NCBI GenBank assembly: GCA_964525995.1
Contig: CAZGIM010000006.1
Coordinates: forward strand, 88,615-152,614
From: an uncultured Prolixibacteraceae bacterium
GTDB taxonomy: Bacteria; Bacteroidota; Bacteroidia; Bacteroidales; FEN-979
Direction: 5' to 3'
DNA length: 64,000 bases
How positions within the stretch are numbered: position 1 is the stretch's first letter; each line of letters begins with the position of its first letter. Of this stretch, positions 19,057 to 27,595 are shown one piece after another. The notes under the pieces were generated by a model that saw only the letters and a list, made by a program, of their open reading frames with translations, did not search any database and was not told where the DNA came from. Position numbers and translations under genes: made by a program.

Positions 19057-19389
19057 TTAATCGACAATGAATAATTTTACTCCGTTGGTCGTTGAAGAGC
19101 GGTGCGGATTCGCCGGATCATTGCTCATGAAGTACGACATACCGGCCGACATGGGAGTTTTCGTGCCATCTCTGAGCTCGCTCACCATCTCTCCTTCCAG
19201 AATATGGATTACATGACCCCTTTCGCACCAGTGGTCGGCCAGGTAGTCCGGTGAATATTCAACCAGCCGAACGCGGATGTTTCCCGCCTCAAACGACTTC
19301 CACGTCGCAAACCCGCGCTCCCCCCGGTGTAACGTTTCCGGAACTTTTGACCAGTCAACCGCGTTGAAAGGAACATTCATGATATCCAT
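19057..19389 (-). CDS. Small cupin-fold protein
   Basis: The 110-aa protein has a cupin-like core (YLADHWCERGHVIHILEGEMVSEL.DG). Confidence 0.6.
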   Translation of the reverse strand: MDIMNVPFNAVDWSKVPETLHRGERGFATWKSFEAGNIRVRLVEYSPDYLADHWCERGHVIHILEGEMVSELRDGTKTPMSAGMSYFMSNDPANPHRSSTTNGVKLFIVD

Positions 19390-19445
19390 GTCTGTAAATA
19401 TTTAGAGTCTGTTTTAATTTTATTTGTCAGTGGAGAAAACTTTCT

Positions 19446-19495
19446 GTTTACGATTGAACATGATTTACGATTTCCGATTGTTTGATTGATTTCGG
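19446..19495. repeat. Short 8-nt-periodic word array (TTTACGAT / TGATTT.. words)
   Basis: TTTACGATTGAACATGATTTACGATTTCCGATTGTTTGATTGATTTCGG lies between the NTF2-like gene and the cupin gene. Confidence 0.5.
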
Positions 19496-19509
19496 ATAAA
19501 CAGTTGTCA

Positions 19510-19534
19510 TTCCGGTCTTAATTTCAGGCCGGAA
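19510..19534 (-). terminator. Hairpin after the NTF2-like gene
   Basis: TTCCGG, a 13-nt loop and CCGGAA lie about 35 nt downstream of stop 19569 on the minus strand. Confidence 0.3.
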
Positions 19535-19568
19535 GCTACCGATTATTTGTACCAAAAAGCAGCAGTGA

Positions 19569-20030
19569 TCAAAGCTTCTGGTAAATCTTGCTCACGATTT
19601 TCCAGTCGTTGCCGAACTTGTACAGGCATTGATAATCGATAAAGGTCGGCTTTGAACCTACGTAAAACTCGAATTTGGCTACTGCCGCATTTCCGGTGAC
19701 GTCCACGTTCAGAAATTTGACGGAGATCAGCTCTTCCGTGTTCCGGGGAAGTTTACCCGATTGAAGATCCGCCTTGGTCTTCTTTTTCCAATCAGTAATC
19801 GAAAATTTCTTTAATTCGCCATCTCTTCCCGGAATCAGCATCTCGAATCCCGGATGGAATCCCAGATTTATCTTCACGGTGTCGCCTTCATTCTGAAGTC
19901 CTTCGACATAGGCGGTCTGGATGATCTTTTTAATGGCCAGAATATCGTCACCGGCCTGCTGTAATGACTGTGTCCGGCCCGGGAGCCAGAAGAGAACCGA
20001 CAGCGCAACAATGAGCAGATTCTTAATCAT
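19569..20030 (-). CDS. Secreted NTF2-like (SnoaL / putative lumazine-binding type) protein
   Basis: The start is set at MIKNLLIVALSVLFWLPG (signal peptide). The upstream part of the long ORF (to 20213) overlaps the C25 gene end and looks non-coding. The sequence is beta-rich, ending in FGNDWKIVSKIY, which is typical of the fold. Confidence 0.55.
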   Translation of the reverse strand: MIKNLLIVALSVLFWLPGRTQSLQQAGDDILAIKKIIQTAYVEGLQNEGDTVKINLGFHPGFEMLIPGRDGELKKFSITDWKKKTKADLQSGKLPRNTEELISVKFLNVDVTGNAAVAKFEFYVGSKPTFIDYQCLYKFGNDWKIVSKIYQKL

Positions 20031-20209
20031 AGGGGTTGGATTTTGAAATAACGGTAATAAAGGAGTATAAGGGTTGAACGCAACAGGAAAATCTAAGATG
20101 TAAATTTCAGATGAACAATGAATAATGCAAAGGTAGGGTTTAAATTTGATCGAAAAGAATAAGGGACTGCAGGAATGATAAACCATCAACCTTAATATTT
20201 TTTTTCTCG

Positions 20210-22300
20210 TCATTGGATATTCGACAGGTTAAGCGTTCCTCTTACGATCAATTTTTTTCCGGGTTGTATCGTCAGGTTGCTTCCGGGCATCAGGATCAGG
20301 TCGTGGCAACAGGCAGGTTCAGCGCTGGTTATCTGAGGTTGATTGATTGCAGGGAGTATCATGACATTGTGCAGGGAAGCGGGAATCCTTTGTGGGTTCC
20401 AGTTTTGAGGATTATTCCAGTCGGAGTTTATGTTCCCGGTCCAGGTCAGCGTTGTGAAGCTTACTGGTTCACCGGTCCAGATCTCCAATGCGGGATCGCC
20501 GAAAACATTGCAACAGAAATGGCACCAGCGTTGTGCTCCGGGCTCAAACTCGCCTGGAAGTCCGACCCAAGGAGCTGTTTCAATCTTCGAGATCATCTGA
20601 GCCGTTCCTAAATGTCGTTCGGGCATTGTGTCGTTGTACATTGCGCTCACAAATTCGCGTTGGAGGTGCTCCGAAGGACCATCGGTCGTGCCCTGGTTAA
20701 ACCAGCCGTATCTGGAATTAAAGATCCCGCCCACGAGAAAATTTTTGATCGACACCGATTTTGCCGCGATGCATCCCCCGCTAATGTCAAAGGAACCGCA
20801 ATAGCATCCCTGGGTATAGAGAAGGGTGAAGTTGTGGTTGATCCCGTTGACCTGTGCGAAATTGTTGTCTGCAATATCTTCCATATCCAGCCGGAGCATT
20901 GAAGTCGTGGAGGCATGTCCGAGATGATGCATGAACGAGGTACCCCGGTTTATCGAAGCGAGTAACATAGCTTTCGTCCAGACCCCCACATTCGACGTGG
21001 GGAAGATTACCGAATCGTAAAGCTTTGCGATCACGTTAGCTGCCGATGGAATCCCCTGGGTGAAATAACCATTGTCGGCATGGTCATCGATCAATAATTC
21101 CATAAATGGTCCGCCCAGGGTAAATGGATCAATATACATGAATTCCCCAGCCATAAGGGGGCGGTTCAGTTCACCGAGTACCGGATTGGTCTGATAGGCA
21201 ACAGTTTTACGGATCATGTTCCTGAGTCCTGTCGTGTCGCTCACGGGGAAACGTCCCACGGAGATATCGGGCAACAGGTCGGCGTTATCGGTCAGTTCTC
21301 CGTAGATATGGTTGCCATTGGCGTCGAAGGTTCCGTCCAATCCTGAATAGTACAGATCGGCGGGAATGCTGTAATCCTGATAGACCGTAGTGCCCGATAG
21401 TACCTTGCAATAAAGCCCTCTGGACTTGACCAGACTGTGGTCGCCCGCTAACAACACGTATTCAATACCGTAGTTCTGATACTGCGCAATGATGAAGTTC
21501 CTGATTTTTTCCGGAACATCGAACCCAGGCGTGGTGGCCAGGATGCTGTCGATGGTGATCACACGGGTAGCCAGCCCCCTTTGATCATTCAGGGTGATCA
21601 GCGACTGAAATTCATTTTGAAAGATGACAGGAGCAACGATAAGGTACTGATACGATTCCTGCAGAGCGGGCAACGCAGCGTATCGGGCTAACATTTCCCG
21701 GTTCTGGATCATGGCGTGTATCAGTGTTTCCGTTTGTGGTGAAACCGAACCGGGAGCCACGGGTTTTTCATAAGGTTGCATCGGTTCGGTCTCAATACGC
21801 ACGATGATTTTACGATATAGGGTCAATTGTCCGGTCGATGGTTGGTAGCTCAACGGCGTAAATGTGCAATGGGCGACAGAAAAGCCTCTGAAATACTGGG
21901 TCGACAGTGTTCCGTTGATGACAGATGGATAAGGCTCGCGTTGCAGGTAGGTGGTTTTATTCATCAGGAAATGAGGAGAAGTGTCTGATGACAAGGGTAC
22001 GACCGGTTGACGGGGCATCAGCAGCCACCTGCCCGGGATCGGCTGTTCCTCCTCCCTGATCACGGTAATCGCTTTGGCTTTTTGTCCGGGAGGTAACAGG
22101 AGAACTACCTTCAGCCAGGGGAGTAAGGGATCGCCGGGCAGAGCCGACAGGATCGCCCCATCGACAGAAACAGTGCGGAATGATCCCTTGGTTTGACTGC
22201 TCCATTGGCCGATATGGTAGCACGTTTCTACTGTCTCCGGCATCCCGGTCAGCGGGAGCAACAAGAGCAGGCAACACAGATAGCGATTTATCGAGGCCAT
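20210..22300 (-). CDS. Secreted C25 (gingipain-like) cysteine peptidase family protein
   Basis: It has a signal peptide. C25-type motifs are YLIVAP, YVLLAGD, VGRFPV, catalytic-type His (HHLGHAS) and Cys (LYTQGCYCGSFD). No recognisable T9SS CTD is present; the C-terminus is a W-rich module (DWNNPQNWNP). Confidence 0.75.
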   Translation of the reverse strand: MASINRYLCCLLLLLPLTGMPETVETCYHIGQWSSQTKGSFRTVSVDGAILSALPGDPLLPWLKVVLLLPPGQKAKAITVIREEEQPIPGRWLLMPRQPVVPLSSDTSPHFLMNKTTYLQREPYPSVINGTLSTQYFRGFSVAHCTFTPLSYQPSTGQLTLYRKIIVRIETEPMQPYEKPVAPGSVSPQTETLIHAMIQNREMLARYAALPALQESYQYLIVAPVIFQNEFQSLITLNDQRGLATRVITIDSILATTPGFDVPEKIRNFIIAQYQNYGIEYVLLAGDHSLVKSRGLYCKVLSGTTVYQDYSIPADLYYSGLDGTFDANGNHIYGELTDNADLLPDISVGRFPVSDTTGLRNMIRKTVAYQTNPVLGELNRPLMAGEFMYIDPFTLGGPFMELLIDDHADNGYFTQGIPSAANVIAKLYDSVIFPTSNVGVWTKAMLLASINRGTSFMHHLGHASTTSMLRLDMEDIADNNFAQVNGINHNFTLLYTQGCYCGSFDISGGCIAAKSVSIKNFLVGGIFNSRYGWFNQGTTDGPSEHLQREFVSAMYNDTMPERHLGTAQMISKIETAPWVGLPGEFEPGAQRWCHFCCNVFGDPALEIWTGEPVSFTTLTWTGNINSDWNNPQNWNPQRIPASLHNVMILPAINQPQITSAEPACCHDLILMPGSNLTIQPGKKLIVRGTLNLSNIQ

Positions 22301-22332
22301 AATTGCAGGAAAAATTTAATATTCAGATCGAT

Positions 22333-22340
22333 CAAATATA
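22333..22340 (-). promoter_or_regulatory. Candidate -7 box for the C25 peptidase gene
   Basis: The reverse complement is TATATTTG, 32 nt before ATG 22300. Confidence 0.45.
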
Positions 22341-22363
22341 AGGTTTTTTCGCAAATCGTTTTG

Positions 22364-22371
22364 TAACTTTG
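22364..22371 (+). promoter_or_regulatory. Candidate -7 box for the GIN-domain lipoprotein gene
   Basis: TAACTTTG lies 46 nt before ATG 22418. Confidence 0.45.
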
Positions 22372-22417
22372 TTAGAAGGAATACGTCTATTTTCGATTAT
22401 CAATAAAATCAAAAGAG

Positions 22418-23131
22418 ATGAAAACAATTTCCTGGATATTGACTGCACTCTTTTTAGCGACACTCTTCACTTCCTGTGAAAAGGTAAAAGGTAAAGGTGA
22501 GCTGATTACCGAATCGCGAGCGGTCAGTGGATATACAACCATATCGCTGAGTTTTGATGGTGATGTGATTTTTACTCCGGGGCAGGACTACACCCTGACG
22601 GTAGAGGCGCAGGAGAACCTGATGGAATATATAGAAACCGATGTGGAGGAGGGTACTCTGGTCATCAGAGAAAGACCTAAAGTTGTATTTGGGAAACATA
22701 AGCCGATTACCTTCCGGATTTCCGCACCGCTAATCAGCAGGCTTGATATCAGCGGATCTGGAAATATCGATGTGATTGGTCTTTGGAGCGGTTCCTGGCT
22801 TGATGCCAATATTTCGGGGAGCGGGAACATTCGTTTCGATTCGATCAGTACTTACAATCTTGAAGCCCGCATCAGTGGTTCCGGAAATATTTCGGGAGAT
22901 GCCGGTCGGGCCAACCGGAAGACGCTTACCATCAGCGGAAGTGGAACCATTGATCTGCGCAATATCAATGCCGACACTTGTTCCGGAACGATCAGCGGAT
23001 CGGGCGACATCTATACTTTTGTGAACAAACAACTTGATGCCACCATCTCGGGAAGCGGAAGCATTTATTATTACGGCCAACCCATTGTGAATGCCCATAT
23101 ATCCGGATCGGGTAGGGTGGTAAAGCTTTGA
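22418..23131 (+). CDS. Lipoprotein with a head GIN (DUF2807) beta-helix repeat domain
   Basis: It has the lipobox LFTSC. The ISGSGNI/ISGSGDI/ISGSGSI motif recurs about every 22-25 aa. Confidence 0.75.
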   Translation: MKTISWILTALFLATLFTSCEKVKGKGELITESRAVSGYTTISLSFDGDVIFTPGQDYTLTVEAQENLMEYIETDVEEGTLVIRERPKVVFGKHKPITFRISAPLISRLDISGSGNIDVIGLWSGSWLDANISGSGNIRFDSISTYNLEARISGSGNISGDAGRANRKTLTISGSGTIDLRNINADTCSGTISGSGDIYTFVNKQLDATISGSGSIYYYGQPIVNAHISGSGRVVKL

Positions 23132-23179
23132 ACTTCCTGTAATAGACAAACTTAATTCCGTTATATACCACCATGCATC

Positions 23180-23368
23180 TTGTTGGTAATTACTGGCCTT
23201 TGCCCCGTCGTGAATTCGTTGCTGGCACTCATCGCATCGCTGGTAGGTTACTTTGTTTTTAAAAGGAATATCTATTGCGGAGATGAGGAGTTGAAACGGT
23301 TCTTCGGGGAGGAGTATCTTAAATACTGCTCCGAAACCCCTGAATTTTTTCCCATATACAAAAAGTAA
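23180..23368 (+). pseudogene. Probable 3' remnant of an isoprenylcysteine/phospholipid methyltransferase-family gene
   Basis: The 62-aa ORF (TTG start) resembles only the C-terminal part of ICMT/PEMT-like proteins (..EELKRFFGEEYLKYCSETPEFFP). The ~100 N-terminal residues of the family are absent. Confidence 0.35.
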
Positions 23369-23413
23369 ATTCTTTCATATAGCCAATCTATCCGGTTTTA
23401 TCGGTAAAAATGT

Positions 23414-23430
23414 ATCATTAGTCTAATGAT
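23414..23430. promoter_or_regulatory. Perfect 8+1+8 palindrome (operator-like)
   Basis: ATCATTAG T CTAATGAT lies 25 bp upstream of the TAGTTTTG box in the FAAL upstream region. Confidence 0.25.
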
Positions 23431-23454
23431 TCAACCGGAGCATGCGATTACCAT

Positions 23455-23462
23455 TAGTTTTG
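23455..23462 (+). promoter_or_regulatory. Candidate -7 box upstream of the FAAL leader
   Basis: TAGTTTTG lies 13 nt before a 35-codon ORF (23476-23583) and 200 nt before FAAL ATG 23663. Confidence 0.35.
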
Positions 23463-23662
23463 TTTTGCATTTGTTATGAATGTCAGGAGAAAGCCTGTGT
23501 ATATTGACGAACTCCCGCTGACTGGGCTCGTTGTGCTTGATAGGATCCTGAATCTGAATGAAAATGCAACGCATGTTTCTTAATGGAATAATACTGGAAG
23601 GAACAGTTTTTTGATTGCGAACCTGTTCTGATCCGGTTGAGAAAATTGGAGGATCGGTTATA

Positions 23663-25342
23663 ATGAGTAATTGTGATCAGACAACACTACCGGATTTATT
23701 TAAAGTGGTCATGGAGCGGTTTCCGGACCATGGGATCGGATTCCGGCAGGATGATGGATCCACTCTGTTCCTTACCTATCCCCGGATTCATGAAATTTCA
23801 CTGGAATTGCTCGGCGTCCTTCAATCGAAAGGTATCGAGAGCGGCGATACCGTAATTCTTTCGGTGGATAAAGCCTCGGAGACAATCCCGTTATTTTGGT
23901 GCTGTCAGTTCGGTGGAATCATTCCCGTCATTTTGCAACCGCCTGTTGCATTCTCCAGTTACAACAGGGCAGCCGAGAAAATAGAAAATGTATATCGATT
24001 ACTTGATAATCCCTTTCTGATCCTGTCGCATTCCTATTGTGAAAACTGGAGCTCCGTTGTGATCCCGGCCAGTAACATTATCGATTATGAAGATCTGGTC
24101 GGAAACTGTCAGGGAACTACAGGATCTATGACCCATCCGGACGATCTTGCCCTGATCCAGTTCTCTTCGGGAAGTACGGGGGATCCCAAAGGGGTCATGC
24201 TGACGCACCGGAACATCCTTACCAATATATCGGATATCGTGATGACTACAAGCCTCAGGCCCGATGATATTTATATCAGTTGGATGCCGTTATATCACGA
24301 TATGGGATTGATTGGCTTTCATTTGACACCGCTTTCAACCGGAGGAAGTCATTATATCATCGATCCCGCTGATTTCGTCAGGAATCCTGGTCTCTGGCTT
24401 GATTTCATCGACCGGTATCACGGAACCGTCACAGGTTGCCCCAATTTCGGACAGGTTCTCATCAACCGGTACCTTTCCCGAAAACGGGATTTTGATTTTA
24501 ATCTTTCATCGATAAGGATTCTTTTTAACGGGGCTGAACCGATTTCGGTTACTACCATGTCAACCTTTCTTGATAACCTGAGTAAATTCGGTCTATCCCC
24601 TGTTGCCATGCTTCCCGCCTATGGCCTTGCTGAAGCGTCGCTGGCAGTCACTTTCCCTCCGGTGGGAGAGGAGGTCAGGATCGTCAGATTCTGCAGGGAT
24701 ACACTGATCCGGGAAGAAGTTGCGGTCGAAGCTGGGAACAATACTTTCAATGTGGTTGAACTGGTCGATCTTGGTCATCCCGTGCCCGAATGTCGCATTA
24801 AGATCACCGATGAGGCGGGCCGTGAGAGCGCACCGGACCATATCGGACATGTTATGATTCAGGGAAAGAATGTCACACAGGGTTATTGGAATCCAGCGCG
24901 ATCAGACCGCTATTTTTTCAATACTGGCTGGATCGACACGGGCGACCTGGGATTCATTCACAACGGGAGCCTTTTCATTACGGGACGAACCAAGGATGTC
25001 ATCTTCGCCAACGGGAATAAATATTACGCGCATGACCTCGAACACATCTTACTCGGACTTGATGACATTCCTGGCGGTAGGATTGTTGTAGCCGGGTGTT
25101 TTGATGATTCGGAAGAAAAGGAAAAAATCCTGGTATTTTTAATAGGCTCGGATCCCGACAAAATGGAACCGGTTTGCACCAGAATCCGACATCACTGTGC
25201 CACACTGCTGGGTCTTCATATCGGAACATTTATCCTTATCCGTTCCCATGACATCCCCTATACGAGCAGCGGTAAGCTGCAACGGTATCAATTGGTGAAC
25301 CGGTATAAGATGGGCGAATTTTCCAGAAAAGTCACATGTTGA
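23663..25342 (+). CDS. Fatty-acyl-AMP ligase / AMP-dependent synthetase family protein
   Basis: The adenylation motifs are FSSGSTGDPKGVMLTHRNI, YGLAE, TGD and SGKLQR. The start is set at ATG 23663; the longer ORF begins with TTG at 23615. No carrier protein gene is adjacent. Confidence 0.8.
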   Translation: MSNCDQTTLPDLFKVVMERFPDHGIGFRQDDGSTLFLTYPRIHEISLELLGVLQSKGIESGDTVILSVDKASETIPLFWCCQFGGIIPVILQPPVAFSSYNRAAEKIENVYRLLDNPFLILSHSYCENWSSVVIPASNIIDYEDLVGNCQGTTGSMTHPDDLALIQFSSGSTGDPKGVMLTHRNILTNISDIVMTTSLRPDDIYISWMPLYHDMGLIGFHLTPLSTGGSHYIIDPADFVRNPGLWLDFIDRYHGTVTGCPNFGQVLINRYLSRKRDFDFNLSSIRILFNGAEPISVTTMSTFLDNLSKFGLSPVAMLPAYGLAEASLAVTFPPVGEEVRIVRFCRDTLIREEVAVEAGNNTFNVVELVDLGHPVPECRIKITDEAGRESAPDHIGHVMIQGKNVTQGYWNPARSDRYFFNTGWIDTGDLGFIHNGSLFITGRTKDVIFANGNKYYAHDLEHILLGLDDIPGGRIVVAGCFDDSEEKEKILVFLIGSDPDKMEPVCTRIRHHCATLLGLHIGTFILIRSHDIPYTSSGKLQRYQLVNRYKMGEFSRKVTC

Positions 25343-25538
<196 letters not shown>

Positions 25539-26630
25539 TCATTTATATCCCACTGCCACATATCCGACCCAATGCCTCAGTGTGGCGGTAGCAGTTTGTC
25601 CCATCCCGAGGTCGCTCACCGGGATCGGTGGCTGGGTAACCGAAGTTTTGTATCCTAAAAGAGTCCCGGTGACAGGTCCGGTATGCAGTTGGTGCTCAAG
25701 GAACCAGGCTGTAAGCAATCCGAATGGAACTGAATACCGTCCGCACCACGTCCATTTATAACTACGATAGTTCGTATCCTGAACCGTAAACCGGGTAAAC
25801 TGTCTTATTTTTTCTTTAGTCAGCGGCCCGATAAGGGAGGAATTAATGATTTCCATTTCGTGAGCCATGGCTTTGAAATATCCTGCGCTGTCGGTTCCGT
25901 AAGGCGCGTAATCACTTCCGCCCCAGGCCTCGTTGCCGTAATGCACGGCATCGTTTGAAATCACGATGGCCAGGTCGGAATTCCATTTGAGATCCTTTTC
26001 CTGCATGATTTTCGTCAGCGCCAACGCGAACGATGATGCAAGTCCTTCCATGGTTTCGTAAGACATATACGGAATCAGAACCGGGATGATCTGCACGTTC
26101 CGGTTATAATACTGCAGAAACGGGATCAACGCCTCCAACGAATGTTCGGAGGCATGGGCCGAGTCATGAACCAGGTAAGCTGAACGGGGCAGGCTGTTGG
26201 TGATTTTTTCCCTTAGCCATGAAGTCTTTACAACGCCGTAAGGCGCTTTCCAACCGTCATAATCCTCAAAGATGATCCTGTTTTCGAGTCCAAATCTCTT
26301 TGCTTTATGGGAAACACCGATCAGGATCACCGTGTTTGCCCGGATGTTTCGCAGGACTGCCGGATAGAGCCAGCCGGAATAGGTATAATCGTCATGCGGA
26401 CAAATTGCGACTTTCCAGGGTGTAAAACGTCTTATACCATGTTGATTCCAGCTATCCAAAAGCTGTTGTCCGTGTAATGAAAAAATCCGGTTCATAACCG
26501 AATCCATCTGCCATGACTGCGTGGCGAAACCGACCGAATCAACCGGATTCCGTAACTTTTCGCCCGGTTTACCGCCAGCCAGCAGTAGGATAAGCAGTAC
26601 AATGAATAAGTTCCCCTTTCGAAACGACAT
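25539..26630 (-). CDS. Memo-like (AmmeMemoRadiSam protein B family) paralog with an N-terminal signal/anchor
   Basis: The Memo-type core is ICPHDDYTYSG, IGVSH, SEHSLEALIPFLQYY and NDAVHYG. The start is chosen at MSFRKGNLFIVLLILLLAG, preceded by an A-rich leader. In-frame ATGs at 26669 and 26690 are alternatives. Confidence 0.7.
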   Translation of the reverse strand: MSFRKGNLFIVLLILLLAGGKPGEKLRNPVDSVGFATQSWQMDSVMNRIFSLHGQQLLDSWNQHGIRRFTPWKVAICPHDDYTYSGWLYPAVLRNIRANTVILIGVSHKAKRFGLENRIIFEDYDGWKAPYGVVKTSWLREKITNSLPRSAYLVHDSAHASEHSLEALIPFLQYYNRNVQIIPVLIPYMSYETMEGLASSFALALTKIMQEKDLKWNSDLAIVISNDAVHYGNEAWGGSDYAPYGTDSAGYFKAMAHEMEIINSSLIGPLTKEKIRQFTRFTVQDTNYRSYKWTWCGRYSVPFGLLTAWFLEHQLHTGPVTGTLLGYKTSVTQPPIPVSDLGMGQTATATLRHWVGYVAVGYK

Positions 26631-26802
26631 TTTTATTGATTTTGACTTGTTTTTTTTTGGAACATCCATTCGTTTAAACAGGTATATCAAGGATTATCAT
26701 GGTATGCTAATGATAGCAGGTAACCTTAAAAGGAACGTGCACGTAGCGGAATTTCCAAGATCTGCCCCGAAAATCAAATCTGAAAGGTACGTCATTTTTC
26801 GG

Positions 26803-26810
26803 TACCTTTG
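26803..26810 (+). promoter_or_regulatory. Candidate -7 box for the tyrosine phosphatase gene
   Basis: TACCTTTG lies 15 nt before ATG 26826. Confidence 0.5.
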
Positions 26811-26825
26811 GAACTGAAAAAGCTC

Positions 26826-27566
26826 ATGGTGAAAATGATCCTTGCATCTCAACCCAATTTTCGCGATCTGGGAGGAATTACAACCGGTGATGGCCGGAGG
26901 ATAAGGCATGGATTGCTTTACCGAAGCGGCGACCTCTCACGTTTGGATGATATGGAGTTAACCATGTTGGAGAACCTTGGACTCCGGGCTGTCATTGATC
27001 TCAGGGCAAAGCGGGAGATTGCCAGACATCCTGACCGGCTTCCAACCACCATCCGGAAGGTCTTTAATATTCACATTCACGATACCGCCCGCGACCATGC
27101 CGAAAAGTTGTTTAATGAACGGAATTCGGAAGCACTCCGGTCGGTCTTAACCAACGATTATATCAGGATGGTGCGCGACCATGATCATGAGTTTGCCAGG
27201 TTTCTTGAAATCCTGGCCACTACATCGCATCTGCCGCTGGTCTATCACTGTGCCGCCGGTAAAGACCGTACGGGGCTTGCAACCCTCTTTCTTCTTTCTG
27301 CATTGGGAGTTTCCGACGAAAAGATCAAGCAGGATTATTTAGCCTCCAACCTCCATCTGTCGGCACTGAATGATAAAATCATAACTAAAATCAATGGAGA
27401 AGGGCTTGACGGTGATATGTTACGACCACTGTTCGAAGTCAGGATCGATTATTTGAATGCAGCGTTAAAGGAGATCGAAACCCGGTTTGGCGGACTTAAC
27501 CGTTATGTCGTAAACAATCTGAAGGCAAACAGGGAAGCGCTCCGGAAAAGGTTTTTAGAGGATTGA
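26826..27566 (+). CDS. Tyrosine-protein phosphatase (Y_phosphatase3-like)
   Basis: It has the CX5R active-site loop HCAAGKDRTG. The ATG at 26826 lies 15 nt after a TACCTTTG promoter box, so the TTG at 26808 is rejected. Confidence 0.8.
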   Translation: MVKMILASQPNFRDLGGITTGDGRRIRHGLLYRSGDLSRLDDMELTMLENLGLRAVIDLRAKREIARHPDRLPTTIRKVFNIHIHDTARDHAEKLFNERNSEALRSVLTNDYIRMVRDHDHEFARFLEILATTSHLPLVYHCAAGKDRTGLATLFLLSALGVSDEKIKQDYLASNLHLSALNDKIITKINGEGLDGDMLRPLFEVRIDYLNAALKEIETRFGGLNRYVVNNLKANREALRKRFLED

Positions 27567-27595
27567 ATCCAGTCGCAAATTTGCCGGGACCATCC

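Noticed and set aside
19569-20213. Long N-terminal extensions offered by the ORF track. This applies to 19569-20213 and similarly to 48845-50029, 34565-36211, 16705-17682, 23615-25342, 47774-48541 and 26808-27566.
   Set aside because: The extensions precede obvious signal peptides or conserved N-termini. They overlap promoter boxes or neighbouring genes, and several start with TTG or GTG. Internal ATG starts were chosen instead.
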